The notes beneath the pieces are model-generated. The model did no database searches and had not been told where the DNA came from. It saw only the letters and a list, made by a program, of their open reading frames with translations. 64,000 bases of DNA from Eledone cirrhosa (taxonomy: Eukaryota). Numbering within the stretch: the stretch's first letter is position 1; each line of letters opens with the position of its first letter. A program made the translations under genes and the position numbers. The DNA lies in assembly GCA_964016885.1 (NCBI GenBank), contig OZ024741.1, forward strand, positions 351,416,001-351,480,000. The letters are read 5' to 3'. Shown here one piece after another: positions 38,201 to 51,996 of this stretch.

Positions 38201-38679
38201 AATCCCTGGCCTGGCAGTGCTACCGGGGAGCGCTGCCGGTTCGAGATAAGCTCTACAGGCACGGAAGTGCCGTCAGCCGAGCCTGTCCGAGATGCGCGCA
38301 GAGCGACGAGACCGTTGTGCACGCACTCGTTCAGTGCCCGAGCATTGCTGACTTGTGGAGCTATGTCGAACAGTTTCTGTCGCGTGTGGGACTGATCCGG
38401 TTGTCGACTGAGTCCATTGTGCAGATGGTCTCGCCGTCTTCCTTCGAGGAGGAAGGGCAGGCGGTTTTCATCTGCCTGGTGGCAATGGCGAAAGAGATTG
38501 TGTGGTGGACAAGGTTAAAAGGGTTAAAGACAGACACTTTCCTCTTCGGCGAATCCCTAATTAACTTTTTCAAGTTTCACTTGAAGAGGAAAATCAGGGT
38601 GGAGAGGCAAGTGCTGCTTTCTAGCAAGTTTTTTGAAAGGTGGGTGAATGTAGCGAGGATGGTCCGAATGAAAGGTTAA
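35289..38679 (+). pseudogene. ORF2 (APE-RT-zf) of copy 4
   Basis: Starts MALLRIGSINARGL. Frameshift at ~35470 and TGA at 35815. RT motifs including YADD are intact. Confidence 0.92.
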
Positions 38680-39262
38680 AAGGGTTAAAGACAGACACTT
38701 TCCTCTTCGGCGAATCCCTAATTAACTTTTTCAAGTTTCACTTGAAGAGGAAAATCAGGGTGGAGAGGCAAGTGCTGCTTTCTAGCAAGTTTTTTGAAAG
38801 GTGGGTGAATGTAGCGAGGATGGTCTGAATATACGTCTGTAGTTTGAGAGATGGAAAAATTGAGAGAGGGCGCTTGCCCTGGTGGTCAGGGTGGCCGTGG
38901 TCTTTTGTGTGGTTTTCGCCACGAGTAACCCTCGGAGGTTTCCTCCCTATTGGGGAATTTTTCATTGTTTCAATTTTCATTTTTATTGTTTATATATATA
39001 TATATGTTTCTACGTCCTTTTTTTCTTTTCTTATATAAATAATAAAAATCTTTACACGCACAAAACCCACACCGTACCGTCCTGTACCGTCCTGTGCCGT
39101 CTGTAATGTTTTTCTTGATGTCAGCCCTTGTGGCCAATAAAGAAATCATTATTATTATCATCATTATTATTGTCCCCTACATGTTGGCCCTTGTAGCCAA
39201 TAAATGAAACCATTATTATCATCATCTGGAGCAGCAGCATTATTATTATCATTATTATTATG

Positions 39263-39440
39263 TGTTTGGCAATATCGGTAGAGCGTCAGACACCATGCTT
39301 TGCAGCATAGTTAATGCCCTTTACGTTCTGAGTACAAATCCCGCCGAGGTTAACTTTGCTTTTTATCCTTACGGGGTCGATAAAATAAAGCACCAGTAAT
39401 ACACTGGGATAATTGCTGGCCGTGTGCCAATATTATTATT
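39263..39440 (+). mobile_element. SINE (main family)
   Basis: Core and short (ATT)n tail, followed by Tx1 copy 5. Confidence 0.88.
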
Positions 39441-40352
39441 TGCTACCGGGGAACGTTTACCAGTTCGAAATAAACTTTACAGGCATGGAAGTGCCGTCAG
39501 TCGGCCTATCCGAGATGCGCGTCGGTCGACGAGACCGTCCTGCACGTCCTTGTCCAGTGCCCGAGTATGGCTGACTTGTGGGTTTATGTCGAACAACGGC
39601 TCTCGGGTGTAGGACGGATCTGGCGATCAGCTGTGATCATCATGAAGATTGCCCCGTCGTTCTCCTTTAACCAAGAAGGGCTGGCAGTTTTTATCTGTCT
39701 GCTGGCCATGGTGAAAGACGTCGTATGGTGGACGCATCTGAAAGGGTTGAAGATGGGTACTTTCCTCTTCGGCGACGCTCTCATTAACTTTTTCAGGTTT
39801 CACCTGAAAAGGAAAATCAGGCTGGAGAAGAAAGTGCTGCTTTCCAGCCAGTTTGTTGAAAGGTGGGTGAGAAAGGCAAGAATGGCCCGTATGAATGGGC
39901 TTCACTTGAGCGTGTGCCTGTATTATTGAAGGACAACTGGGAGAGGGCGCTTGCCCTAGCGGTCAGAGTGACCGTGGCTATTGTGGGCTTTCTCCACGTG
40001 TAACTCTTGGAGTCTCCTCACCTTTGGGGAGTTTGTTATGTTTGTTTTTTTTTAAATGTTTATTTTCTTAATTTCTGTTATAAATTTTATTCCACCCACC
40101 ACCACAGTATCGTCCTGTATCGTCTTTAATGTCTCGTTAATGTGGGCCCTGTGTGGCTAATAAAGGCTATCCCCTCTCGTCCCTTTTGCGTGTGTTGACT
40201 CTTGAGCCAGTAGTATACAAATTGGAGACTTTGAGTGGCATTCCGCGCGAACTAGGATATGGGAGATCCGTCAGCACATTCTGACGACGTCACTGTAGTC
40301 GTGTCGAACACCAAACGCATTGAGATGATCGACATTACTCTGAGGGAGTACG
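39441..40352 (+). mobile_element. Tx1/L1-type copy 5 (3' fragment, 39441-40164) plus an RT fragment (40165-40352)
   Basis: LPVRNKLYRHG..FLFGDALINFFRFHLKRK and a 3' UTR, then a GYPLSS...HSDDVTVVVS remnant. Confidence 0.88.
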
Positions 40353-40799
40353 AACATCGCATAGAGTACTTTGTAGTATTAGTTCCTGCTCTCTGCTCTC
40401 TGACTTCAAATCCCACCGAGGACAACTTTGCCTTTCATCCTTTCGAGTTCGATAAAAAATACCAGTATAGTACTGGTGTCGATTCTTCTTCTATATCTCT
40501 TTTTCATTTCCTCTCTCTCACTTTCTAGCCTTCTCATGAAGAAATCTGCTCTGCTCAGGCCTGGAGAAGGATGGGTTCCACCAGGCTAAAATGCTCAAGA
40601 GACCCTCTATCTCAATACGGCCCCCGTACGACTCCATCAAGGATTACAGACCATACCATGCCTTATACTAGAGTAAAGGTTTTAACATTGTGGCTGTTGT
40701 ATTAGTGTGGTGTCGTACAAGAGTTTATTTGGTGGTTATTAGATTTGTATTGTTGGCGTCTATAGTTTGTCTTTAGTTGCGTGTGTACATTTTTTTTGC

Positions 40800-41358
40800 T
40801 ACTAACCATACCACCACCACCACCACCACCACATCCCCTACTAGCCCCACTACCACCACAACCACCACCATCACCACAAAAACAACAACAACAACAACAC
40901 CGTCGCTGTCGCCGCCTCTTCCTCCTCAACCATCACCACCACTACAACCACCACCACCACCACCATCACCACAACAACAATAACAATAACAACAACACCG
41001 TCGCTGTCGCCGCCTCTTCCTCCTCAACCATCACCACCACTACAACCACCACCACCACCACCACAACAACAACAACAACAATAACAACACCGTCGTGTCG
41101 CCGCCGCCTCCTCTTCCTCAACCACCACCATCACCACAACAACAACAACAACAATAACAACACCGTCGCTGTCGCCGCCGCCTCCTCTTCCTCAACCACC
41201 ACCACCACCATCACCACAACAACAACAACAATAACAACAACGCCGTCGCTGTCGCCGCCGCCCCCTCTTCCTCAACCACCACCACCACCACCACCACCAC
41301 CACCACAACAACAACAACAACAACTAGAACAACAACAACAACACTATAACAACAACAT
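40800..41358 (+). repeat. Compound (CCA)/(CAA) minisatellite with repeated ccgtcgctgtcgccgcctcttcctc unit
   Basis: Five units at ~40899, 40997, 41089, 41162 and 41242, separated by variable triplet tracts. Confidence 0.9.
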
Positions 41359-41555
41359 TGTGTAACGTCCTTCAGTCTAACATTTCTGTTGATTATTTGC
41401 ATTCTTAGCACATAAATTGCCCATATGGGACAGAGTGGTTAAAGTTTATAGCTACACATGCAGTTTAGGATTTCAGTTAAATTAGTCTCCTTACTTATCA
41501 ATGCAGACTCCATACAGACGCACACACATCCACATACACACACATACACACACAT

Positions 41556-41588
<33 letters not shown>

Positions 41589-41934
41589 TACACACATATA
41601 TATATATATATACACACATATATATATATGTAGGTATGTAGGTATGTATGTATGTATACACATATATGTATGCTAAATATTGCAATGTTTGTCAATATTT
41701 AGTCTACTCCCCACGCTCCGTTACCCTCAACGGTCACTTGGTTTAACACCATTACATGAACCTTGGGTGCAACAGAAGCAGCTATTGTAATATTATTAGG
41801 AGGAATGGTATTTTTCTTCAAATACTTTAAAAATCGTCGTTTCAGATTTATGTAATTTTGTAAAGAAAAATTCATTATCAATACATTTTTTTTTACTGAG
41901 ACTGCAGAAATTTAAATTGGCTATGGAGAATATT

Positions 41935-42150
41935 GGTTTCCTATATAGACACTAGGCTAGCAATTTTGGGGGAGGGGAAAGTCGATTAAATCGACCCCAG
42001 TGCGTGACTGGTACTTTATTTTATCGACTCCGTAAGGATGAAAGGCAAAGTTAACCTCGGCGGGATTTGAACTCAGATCATAAAGGGCCGTAACTCTATG
42101 TTGCAAAGCATGGCGTCCGACCCTCTACCGATACTGCCAATTCACCGCCC
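41935..42150 (-). mobile_element. Full-length SINE with 17-bp TSD
   Basis: tggctatggagaatatt is duplicated at 41918-41934 and 42151-42167. Confidence 0.95.
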
Positions 42151-42289
42151 TGGCTATGGAGAATATTAAAACTTCTAAACGGTGACTTGACTAGCTGGAT
42201 AGAAAACTTACACTATTGAATTTCTGAAATCGTTGACTTTTCAACACCTTCTTACTTAGACTTAGAAGCTCCCGTATCTTGAGACAGCC

Positions 42290-42700
42290 ATATGCTCCAC
42301 GAGGTAGCCAAAGTGCTCAAATGACCACGGTCAGTTGCATCTATCAATACATGGTTCCAGCTTTTGTTGGCTTGTCTCTGTCGATTGTCTGCCGAATTCA
42401 TCTTGGAACATCCTCTTCGTCTCTTTCCATGGGGATACCAATACAGGGCCTGGTTAGCATGTCTCTTATTTGGGAGTCGTGTGACGTGTCTTAAACAGCC
42501 AAGTCAACATTTGCACTTGATGTTAGACACACGTTGTTGATGAAATTATTGCACCTGATGCCAAGGATTTTGCCAAAAGCATCTAATCTTTTTGTCAAAA
42601 GTTCTCTTGGCTGGACTTCACACTCCACGTATCGCACCCGACAGGAGCGTTGAAAGCATATTGCTGTATCTTGATACCAAGCGGAGGATTTTTGCTACTC
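42290..42700 (-). mobile_element. Very decayed RTE-like LINE 3' fragment
   Basis: Remnants of WxGHxxR / W.P.G.R.RG-type motifs across frames. Confidence 0.35.
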
Positions 42701-43125
42701 TAGCATTTTAATGTATTGTTACTCCGAGGATTGATCTTAAGATGAGTGGTTTAATTATAATCGATAGTTTGTCTTCGATGATCGATTAACTCTAACCCTA
42801 ACCCTACACTCTACATACATTATAAATATTTCGTTATTTCTTCTTTCTTCTTCTCTCTTCTCTCTCTTCCCTTTTCTTTTTACTCATTTTCTATTTACTC
42901 ATTTAAATATTTATGTATGTATTTATTTATTTTCTTCTTGCATTTCCTCATATTCACCCCCTCCATATACCCATATCTCGCTCCACATCCGCTTCTTCTT
43001 TAAATTTAAGTTTATCATGTTATTATTTGTAGTATATAAATGTTGAGATTTGTTGTAATAAATCACTGCCAATACTGGAATTGAACTTTCAAGACCGTTG
43101 AGGTATGTCATACATCAATTCATGT

Positions 43126-43188
43126 ATTTTATCTGACGAGGACGTACTGAAAAAACATCACAGCCTTCGAAATATATATAATAAAACA
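43126..43188 (+). ncRNA. Type I hammerhead in solo pLTR-like module (43070-43328)
   Basis: ttttat-CTGACGA-gga...ttc-GAAA-tatata-TA-ataaaa. Same family as 28812-29068. Confidence 0.75.
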
Positions 43189-43326
43189 TATATTTTGATT
43201 ATGTGAATGTCTTCATTTATTATTATACTGAATAATAATAACTCCAGAAAACTTTACTGTAGAGTGATTTTAATCTATTGTAAAACTATATTCATTGAGT
43301 AATCAATGAACCATATTAATCTTTGG

Positions 43327-43392
<66 letters not shown>

Positions 43393-43964
43393 AGGTTGTT
43401 AAGTAATACAATTTTTTGCTATCGAAATAGTAAAAGGTTAACCATAGGGCAGAAGATCCTTATAATATCTACACTACTTTTCTCAAGTGTTACAGGTCTT
43501 AATTACTAAAATCTCACATATATGTATATACATACATATATGCACATATATTTGTGTGTGTGTGTCTCTATATATATTACAGTTATATTGCACAACGAAA
43601 TGCAGTTACAAATAAATACATAAATAAATAAATAAATAAATAAATATAAACGTATTCACTTCAATGACGTCACACCCAGGACATGTGCGTCAATATATAC
43701 GACAAACAGTGACATTTTTATTCGGTTAAACATACAAAAAAAGGAAGCAGCATTTGAAAAGACTAAAATGAGAGGAAAAGGAGGGGAAGAGCAAGGACTA
43801 CAAGATAAAGGAAGAAAGAAAGGGGGAATGGGAAAAGGTGACAGACTCTACGCCTAGGCTAGAGCGGTGTTTCGGCCGTGCCCCGCTGACAAAGGCATTT
43901 CCGCAGACTATGGCCAACGACACACGCTGCAACAGCCAGCCCATCTACGGAGCTCTTCCTCGGG

Positions 43965-44375
43965 CGGGCTGTTATCAATCCGGAAAGAGTACTGTTGGAA
44001 TGTTCCAGTTGAAATCCCAATAAAATGTAAATATAACAGCCCAGACATAGTGTTATGGGACAGAGAAAAGAAGGTATGCATAGTAGTGGAAATGAAATCG
44101 GCTGCCCAACAGATGTCAATATTAAGCAAAAGTTTAACGAAAAGGAGATCATTTATGCTAAACTAATGAGGAATCTACAGATACTCCCTGCTAGTTATAC
44201 CTTTAGATTTATACCTGTGATCATTGGGGCACTTGGATATGTTACAAATTATGAATACAACTCATGAGCAGCTGGGCTTCACTGAACCAGAAGGAGCATG
44301 ACTTGGTACTGTAAAAATGTGTAAAAATGTGTAAAACATTTCAGAAATCCAACATGTAATAACTGCATATACACA
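43965..44375 (+). mobile_element. R4/Dong-type non-LTR 3' fragment
   Basis: WNVPVEIPIKCKYNSPDIVLWDREKK..IVVE and FIPVIIGALGY (RLE domain). Homologous to 62690-63045. Confidence 0.85.
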
Positions 44376-44958
44376 TATATATATATAGATAGAGAAATAT
44401 ATTCATGCGTAAACATATAAATCAAAACACCGACCCACACATGCAATAACACCCACACCTGCAAACATGCAGACATACGTACATATTTTCCTAGTTGATG
44501 TCTAAATTCCAATGAAGAAGTTTTGTTTCTATGTTAAAAACCGGCTCTTTCTATTGGTGAAAATTTATAAAATAATTAAACCAGAAATTCCATCCATCCA
44601 CCCATACATACATACATACACACACATACATATATACATACATGCGCGCACACACGCACACACACACACATACACACACACACATGCATACATAGCTATA
44701 AACAAATACATACTCACGCAGACAGTTATATTTATATTGTAACATGGGATATATTCACTCCATTGTTATGAAATTTAAATAAAGTGTCGTTTGTATGAAA
44801 AGAGCCATATTTGATAATGTAACAGCCAGACAACAGGAAAAAGGTTAACTTAGTTTTGAGATTAAACCTATTTTCACCTTATCTTCTATTCTTTTGTTCT
44901 GTTATTATTTTACTGGTTTCAGATATTAGATTGCAGCTAAGCCTGGGAAACGCCTTAA

Positions 44959-45179
44959 CCCTTTAGCATTTACATTACTTTATATATATTATTGTATTTT
45001 TGCGGTAAAGGCTTTATCTTACATAATTATCTCACATGGTATTGAATCTATGAGATTTTTATATTATTTATTTTGAGAACAATACCTTAGCATCAGTATG
45101 AGTGGCTTGTTACAGCCGGTTTGAACAGAAAGAGGTGAGAGAATTCTAGCCGGATATGGCCAGTTTAAATGCTAAATGG
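44959..45179. mobile_element. piggyBac-type MITE
   Basis: TTAA at 44955-44958 and 45180-45183. TIR ccctttagcattta / taaatgctaaatgg. A partial inverted copy lies at 54432-54551. Confidence 0.75.
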
Positions 45180-45660
45180 TTAAAGAGATTTTAGGCGACA
45201 ATATCGACCCCAGTACTCATTCTGTCAGATCTGCAACTTATTTTATCGATCTTCTTTTGTCGAACCGCTTAGTTAAGGGTCATAAATATAGACATAAACG
45301 CAGGCACACACGCACACACACACACACACTCTCTCTCTCTCTAACACACACTCACTCACACACACACACTCTCTCTCGCTCACACACACTTACACTCACA
45401 CACTCACTCACACTCACACACACTCACATGCACATACACTCATTCTCACACACACACATACACTCACACACACACTCACTCACTCACGCACACACACACC
45501 CTCTCTCTCTCAAACACACGCACCCACTCACACTCCCACACTCACACACTCACTCACACACGCACAGTCACACACACACACGCACATACTCTCTCTCTCA
45601 CACATACACACTCACTAACACACACACAGTCACACACACATACACTCACACGCATACACC

Positions 45661-45696
<36 letters not shown>

Positions 45697-46400
45697 TATA
45701 TGATGGATCTCTGCAATTTTCTTCTACTAAATTCCACTCTCAAACCATTGACATATGAACAAGTACGTCTGTATTTATTTATTTATTTCCAGAATTATTT
45801 ATTTATTTATTCATTACTGCGAGAGTCCGCAGAAACCATCTGGCCGTTTCTCTTTTTATGGCTTTTGTTCCGGTTGGATATTTTATATGACATATTATGT
45901 AAGCAAATGTAACTAACCTAAACAGTGTTCTTATTGAAAAGCTTATTAAATTTATGTTTAACTATTTTCTTATCAATTATAATGGATAATACACTAATGC
46001 AACAGGATGCTCTGTTAAACCAGATTGTATTTTATTTCATAGTTCTACTGTTTTTCACAAAACAAAACTGTCACCCACTCCTTACTCCTTAATTAATTTA
46101 TAAAAACGAAAAGAAAAAAACACATCTTTCTCCGTTTCTTGTTTTGTTTTATTTATATTCAAGCATATTTATATCGAAATCTCTTTTTATCTGTTAACAT
46201 TTCTTTCAGCATTTCTCAATAATTTATTTACAGTGATGATACATTCCTTTCATATCTGATTTCCTACGGCATACACTCAGTCCTCACATAATGTTGTTTT
46301 TCATTGTTGAGATTATTTTCACAGTAGCTTATAGTTAAAAATAAAAACAACAACAGCAAAAACAATGACGACGACGATGACGACAACAATAACAACTGTA

Positions 46401-46471
<71 letters not shown>

Positions 46472-46687
46472 CAAACATCACGAGCGCTCTATCTCAAAAT
46501 TATTTTTGAAAAGCATTAGAAATGCGCAACCGGTAAAAACTTAAAACTAAAACTGAATACTAACCAATACTTATTACTAATTTATACTTATTCCTAATTA
46601 AACTATTTTTCACTGGGAAAAATTTGTCACCATTTTCTTTTCCTTTTACTAATATATCACAACTCGTGTGTTACACCTCTATTTTTT

Positions 46688-46740
<53 letters not shown>

Positions 46741-46940
46741 CGTTTCTGAATATATATATATATATGTTACACACAAACGGCGGACAACAGAGGTCACATA
46801 CCGTTCCTCTCCCACAGATAACTTTCCCCCTCGGAAAACCCCCCAGTTGATGGATGCGAAATCCGAAATATAGGGACAATTAAATCTCTCCCAAGGTAAC
46901 TCTATCTCGTGTTATTATTTTTACACTCTATATATATATA

Positions 46941-48108
46941 CACGAGGTTGGGCTGAAAAATTCATAGGTTGACGATGAAGAGTAATGCTAGAGCTGTGAA
47001 ATTTTGCATGTATTAATTTCAACTCATCTTATTAATAACTGCATTGTTTCCTTCCAAGTAAACTGACATCTAACTGTTCAAAGAAGACTTCAATTATAAC
47101 TAGTAGCGACTTGCCTTAAAAATGGAAAAAAAATGGTATTGTGGTGTTATCAAGTTCCTGCAGAAAAAGCGTTTAGTCCCCAAGGATATTCATGGTGACA
47201 TAGTTACTACATTAGCGGATGACGCTCCAGCTTTATCAACAGCGCAAAAGTGGGCAGCTGAAATTAGGAGGGAAATGGAAAGTTTGGAATATGATCTAAA
47301 CACTGGACGTCCTGCAACTGCCACTACAGAGGAAAACATTAATCGTATTCACTACATGGTGATGGATGACAAACGATTGGCTATAAATCAAATGGTCAAT
47401 ACTATTAGCATATCTCGTTGTTTGAGGCAGATCTAACTGGTTTCCTTGAACATTTCTTAACCCAGGATGAGTGTTGGGCTGATCACTTTGAGCCAGAGAC
47501 AAAGCGACAATCTATGCCATGGAAAAAACCCTCCTCACCTGCTCCAAAGAAGACCAAGGTCGTTTCATCTGCAGAGAAGGTGATGGCCTCAGTTTTATGG
47601 GATACAAAAGACATTGTGTTTATTGGCTATCTTCAAAAGGGTCCAACCATCAATGGAGAGTACTATGCCAACTTGCCGAGGCAATTACGAAAGGTTATCA
47701 AGACCAAACGCACCGGAACGCCGATGAAAGGTGTCTTTTTTCATCAGGACAATGTTCCAGTACACAGGTCCTTGGTTTCAATGGCTGATGTGCGTGACTG
47801 TGGCTTTGAACTGGCTGATCACCCTCCATATTCTTCTGATTTGGCCCCATCTGACTATTATCTGTTCACCAACAGGAAAAAACATTTGGCTGGGAACCAG
47901 TATCGCAGTGATGATGACGTTATATCTGTTATTGGTGAATTATTTTACCAACAGGATGAAAGCTTCTTCACCAACGGGATGGAAGCATTGTAACACTGAT
48001 AGAAGTGTGTGAACCGCAAGGGGGACTATGTTGAAAAATAAACCTCATTTGGTCACATTCCATGAAAGTATCTTGGTCAGCCTATAAATTTTTCAGTTGA
48101 CCCTCGTA
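46941..48108 (+). mobile_element. Mariner transposon with internally deleted D,D34D transposase
   Basis: TIRs cacgaggttgggctgaaaaattcataggttgac / gtcagcctataaatttttcagttgaccctcgta with TA flanks. Motifs TQDECW, HQDN and HPPYSSDLAPSDY; ORFs 47122-47436 and 47418-47993. Confidence 0.95.
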
Positions 48109-48249
48109 TATACATACAGGGTTTTGTCTCGTGAGGGAATGCTCAATGGCATCACCGTCACAAATTCCAAGCTACCTGCATTTGTGATTTTTTAAATAAG
48201 ATTATACATTTTGCTGTCTGAATCATCTGTATCAACATCTAATCTTTAT

Positions 48250-48600
48250 AGGCTAGAGAGTGAACCTGTATGCGGTCGCTCGATCTACTAAAGATAGAAA
48301 TGTAATTTCCCTCAAATCACATTTGACAATCTTACGAGTCACTGAAGGAATCTCTGTGCATTTTCTCGACCTGCTAGCAAACCTCTCTGAAATCGCACTA
48401 CTCTACCGCCTTACGAGGCATTGAAGAGGATACTATGAGGTATCTTGACTCGCTAGAAATAGCAAACCAAATCCTAAATTACACCTAACATCTTAAATTA
48501 AAGGAAAGTTCTATTTGTCAATGTGGTCAGGGGTACACGAACAGACGGGATGGTCACACCGTAACGTCTTTGATCATAGATCACTCCTGGGCAAGTAGAT
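48250..48600 (+). repeat. Unclassified interspersed repeat with three ~80-bp internal units
   Basis: Recurring ctcgacctgctagaaatagc..ccctcaaatcac..tcttacgag; also at ~49190 and inverted at ~63855-63885. Confidence 0.5.
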
Positions 48601-49229
48601 TTATGATTAAATAATTATGAATGCATGAATAAGTGGATAAATGAGTGTGTGCCTGTGAGTGTATGAGTGAGTGTTTGAGTATGTGAGAGTAGATGAGTGA
48701 GTGTGTGTGAGTGAGTATGTGTGAACGAATATATAAGTTAGTTATGTGAGTGGAAGAGTGAGTGAGAATAGGTGAATGAGTTAATACATGAGTGAGAGAA
48801 ACAATAAGTACATTTGACTACAGGTTGTGGGTTATATAATAATAATATGAGAGCTATATAATTAGATACAGACCTATTGTGTGAATAGGTGGAGGAAAGT
48901 CTGCTCAATCGGCTGTTTCACATAGTACAGTCAGTCACGCGTGACCAGTGTAGAAGAAGAAGAAGAAGAAGAAGAAGAAGAAGAAGAAGAAGAAGAAGAA
49001 GAAGAAGAAGAAGAAGAAGAAGAAGAAGAAGAACAACAACAACAACAACAACAACAACAATAACAACAACAACAGAAACACAAAGCAAAACAAAAAGGAA
49101 ATACGATATACGCCCTGGAAACCCTAAACAACAACAGCAGCAACAACAACTAACCTGTATAAAAGTTTCTACATAGTAGGGCAATGAACTAGAAATAGCC
49201 CGAAATCACTCTCAAATCACAATCTGCCG

Positions 49230-49490
49230 TCGTTGTTGGAACTCCGTCGGTTCTGACGATGAGTGTTCCAGTTGTTCGAAGAACTGAAGAGCCTTCTCGT
49301 GGAATTAATGTGCAAGTGGCTGATCATTCTATAGACACGTGCTCCCTTAACATAGTTCTTGAATTACAGGTACAACTAATGTTGCCAGTTGGGTAGATTG
49401 GAACGTCAAAGACACAACGCGCTGCTGGGAATCGAACTCACAACGTTACGATCGTGAGCCGAACGTTCTACCAACTAAGCCACATACCTT
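49230..49490 (-). mobile_element. tRNA-derived SINE, second family
   Basis: Reverse complement head gaaggtatgtggcttagttggtagaacgttcggctcacgatcgtaacgttgtgagttcgattccc carries A/B boxes. Confidence 0.8.
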
Positions 49491-49503
49491 CATAGACTAT
49501 ATA

Positions 49504-49718
49504 TGGTTTCTGATTTAGGCACATAGCCAACAATTTGGGTGGCGAGGAAACTCGATTAAATCGACCCAGTACGTTACTGGTACTTTATTTTATTGACCTC
49601 GTAAGGATGAAAGGCAAATCAAACATCGGTGGGATTTGAACTCTGACTGTAAAGGGGCGTAGCTATATGTCACAAAGCATGTTGTCCGGCGCTCTACCGA
49701 TTCTGCAAATCCACCGCC
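49504..49718 (-). mobile_element. SINE (main family, older copy)
   Basis: Core and head match. Confidence 0.85.
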
Positions 49719-50430
49719 TTTTTCATAGATTTTCATAAATTATATATAGTTATGACCGAAATTACCATTAAGACCAACTATGCAGCTGTCTGGGGTGCAC
49801 TACTGAACCTTAAAGAATCGCAGTTTTACACAAATTTGTATAATTAAATTAGATATATAATAATTTCCTGCGAATAATTCGCTAAAGATCTTTGCTGCGT
49901 AACAACATTGTGGAAATATCGAGTGGAGAAGCTCGTATAGTATTATAACCTGTGACCTGATACGGGGTGGGTGAGTGTAGACTGTGAACTAGAAATTGCA
50001 GACTTAATATATTCGTAGTATAGTTAGAGCAAGAAGTGTCAAAAACTAGGTTTGTCACTTGCTAAAGTACAAAACTAAGTTGAAATTATTTTATTTGGCA
50101 AAATGGGGAGAGAGGGTACTCTGAAAGCTGGCCTAGGGTGCTAAATGGCCAGGCGCCGGCTTAGCATTCATTTTGAAATAAGCATTCATACGACATACAC
50201 TTCATATATATATAGCTCTGATTTATCCAAATTATTGAGTCCTCTGCCACACATATCGGATATTGTTTATTGTTAATTCGTAAGCTGTTTTTCCGATTCT
50301 CGATTATTCTACTATATATATATATATATATATATATGTGAATATAGACATAGAATATTCGAAAATATTCTGTATGTTTATAATAAACATTTTGAAGACC
50401 TAATCGCTATATATATCGCTATTTCAGAGC

Positions 50431-50466
<36 letters not shown>

Positions 50467-50634
50467 CGGAGGAAATGTGGTAAGGAACCAGGTGGACCAT
50501 GACGCACCAAAGTACTCAATACTTAGGGTAGTAGAGTGGGTAATAGGAACGAGTAGGACCCCGACGGCTGAGCTCAAGCCGTTTCGACCAAATATATATA
50601 TATATTTGACGAAAGTCGATCGACTGTCGATATA

Positions 50635-50751
<117 letters not shown>

Positions 50752-50756
50752 TAAAA

Positions 50757-50816
50757 TCACAACCGCGTTGGCAAGCGGTTTCGGCTTGTGTGTTCAGCAA
50801 GCCTTTTCAGGCGTGT
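50757..50816 (-). ncRNA. Hammerhead with core substitution
   Basis: Reverse complement: cgc-CTGAAAA-ggcttg(loop)caagcc-GAAA-ccgc(loop)gcgg-TT-gtg. Confidence 0.6.
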
Positions 50817-51587
50817 AGTAATATGGGTGTGAAAAAATAGGTAACTGGTCTTGGTAGTGCTCTGGTTGAGTTTATCATAGTTGTAAACTGGTCAGATGGA
50901 GGGGGGACACACACACAACCAGTGGTAGGTTTATCTAAACAGGTGAGGGGCTGGGCGAAGGAAGTAGTTTGGGGGGGGTTTGTGGGTAGGAGTGGAGTAG
51001 AAGAATGGGCATAATGGTTTTAGAAATAGCAGGTGGAGGGGTAAGATTATTTATAGACGGGACGTCAATATACACACTTGACAGGTGCAATGTGTCCGAA
51101 CACGGAAGAGCCGTACTCCCACCGTCAACAGCGCCAGCTCGCTCGCCCTCCCCTGGCCGAAAGGGTATTTTTAGATGAAGAATTAATAGTAAAAAGTGGG
51201 TTATATAGAAATAAATAAGCAGATAGTTAAATAAAATAGTAAATAGTAAATAGGATCAAATATGATCAGGTAAAATATAAGGTTTTAAAAATAGATAGAG
51301 TGGATTATATAGGTTGGTAACAAGTGGTAAAGTATATGTACTATGTGTATGAATACTGCATACATATAGGCAGACATAACAAAATAATGGGGAGTTTTAG
51401 GTTTTGCATGAGAATACATGATTAAAAGAGTCAGATATTACAGATATTACTTTAATGGGAGGAGTGGGGTGAAGTAAGAATTAGGTAGCAAATAAATGAG
51501 TAGGTGGAGAGTGGGCAAGGCATACACAAACAGGCAGAGGCGTATTCGTATATGTACACATACACATATATATACACACACACACAC

Positions 51588-51660
<73 letters not shown>

Positions 51661-51902
51661 TGGTTACACAGCAGTTAGTTCACCATACCGAGAGAAATTG
51701 TTTCACCTTAACGGATCCTTCCTAACTGTTGTGTAACCACTTCTACCTAACTCGTCCCATGGACTGAGTGCTCTACCACTACGGATATTACCTTCCAGTG
51801 TTCTACCACTATATGTATATATATATATAATAAAAAATTGAACAGGGACAGAACAGAGAGGCAGTACGACAAATGTTTATTAGATTCACGCTCAGGAGAG
51901 TG

Positions 51903-51994
<92 letters not shown>

Positions 51995-51996
<2 letters not shown>

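Larger units (their letters stand above)
32268..39147 (+). mobile_element. Tx1/L1-type copy 4, full length, disrupted
   Basis: ORF1 ~32475-35256 (CYLCGSKGHLRAFC knuckle; stops, frameshifts and a MITE insertion). ORF2 from 35289 (APE), with a 948-aa open RT/zf part at 35833-38679. Ends AATAAA plus (ATT)n. Confidence 0.93.

Noticed and set aside
40781-41365. Pro/Gln/His/Thr-rich 194-aa ORF as a host exon
   Set aside because: A triplet-repeat minisatellite open in several frames, with no domain or splice support.
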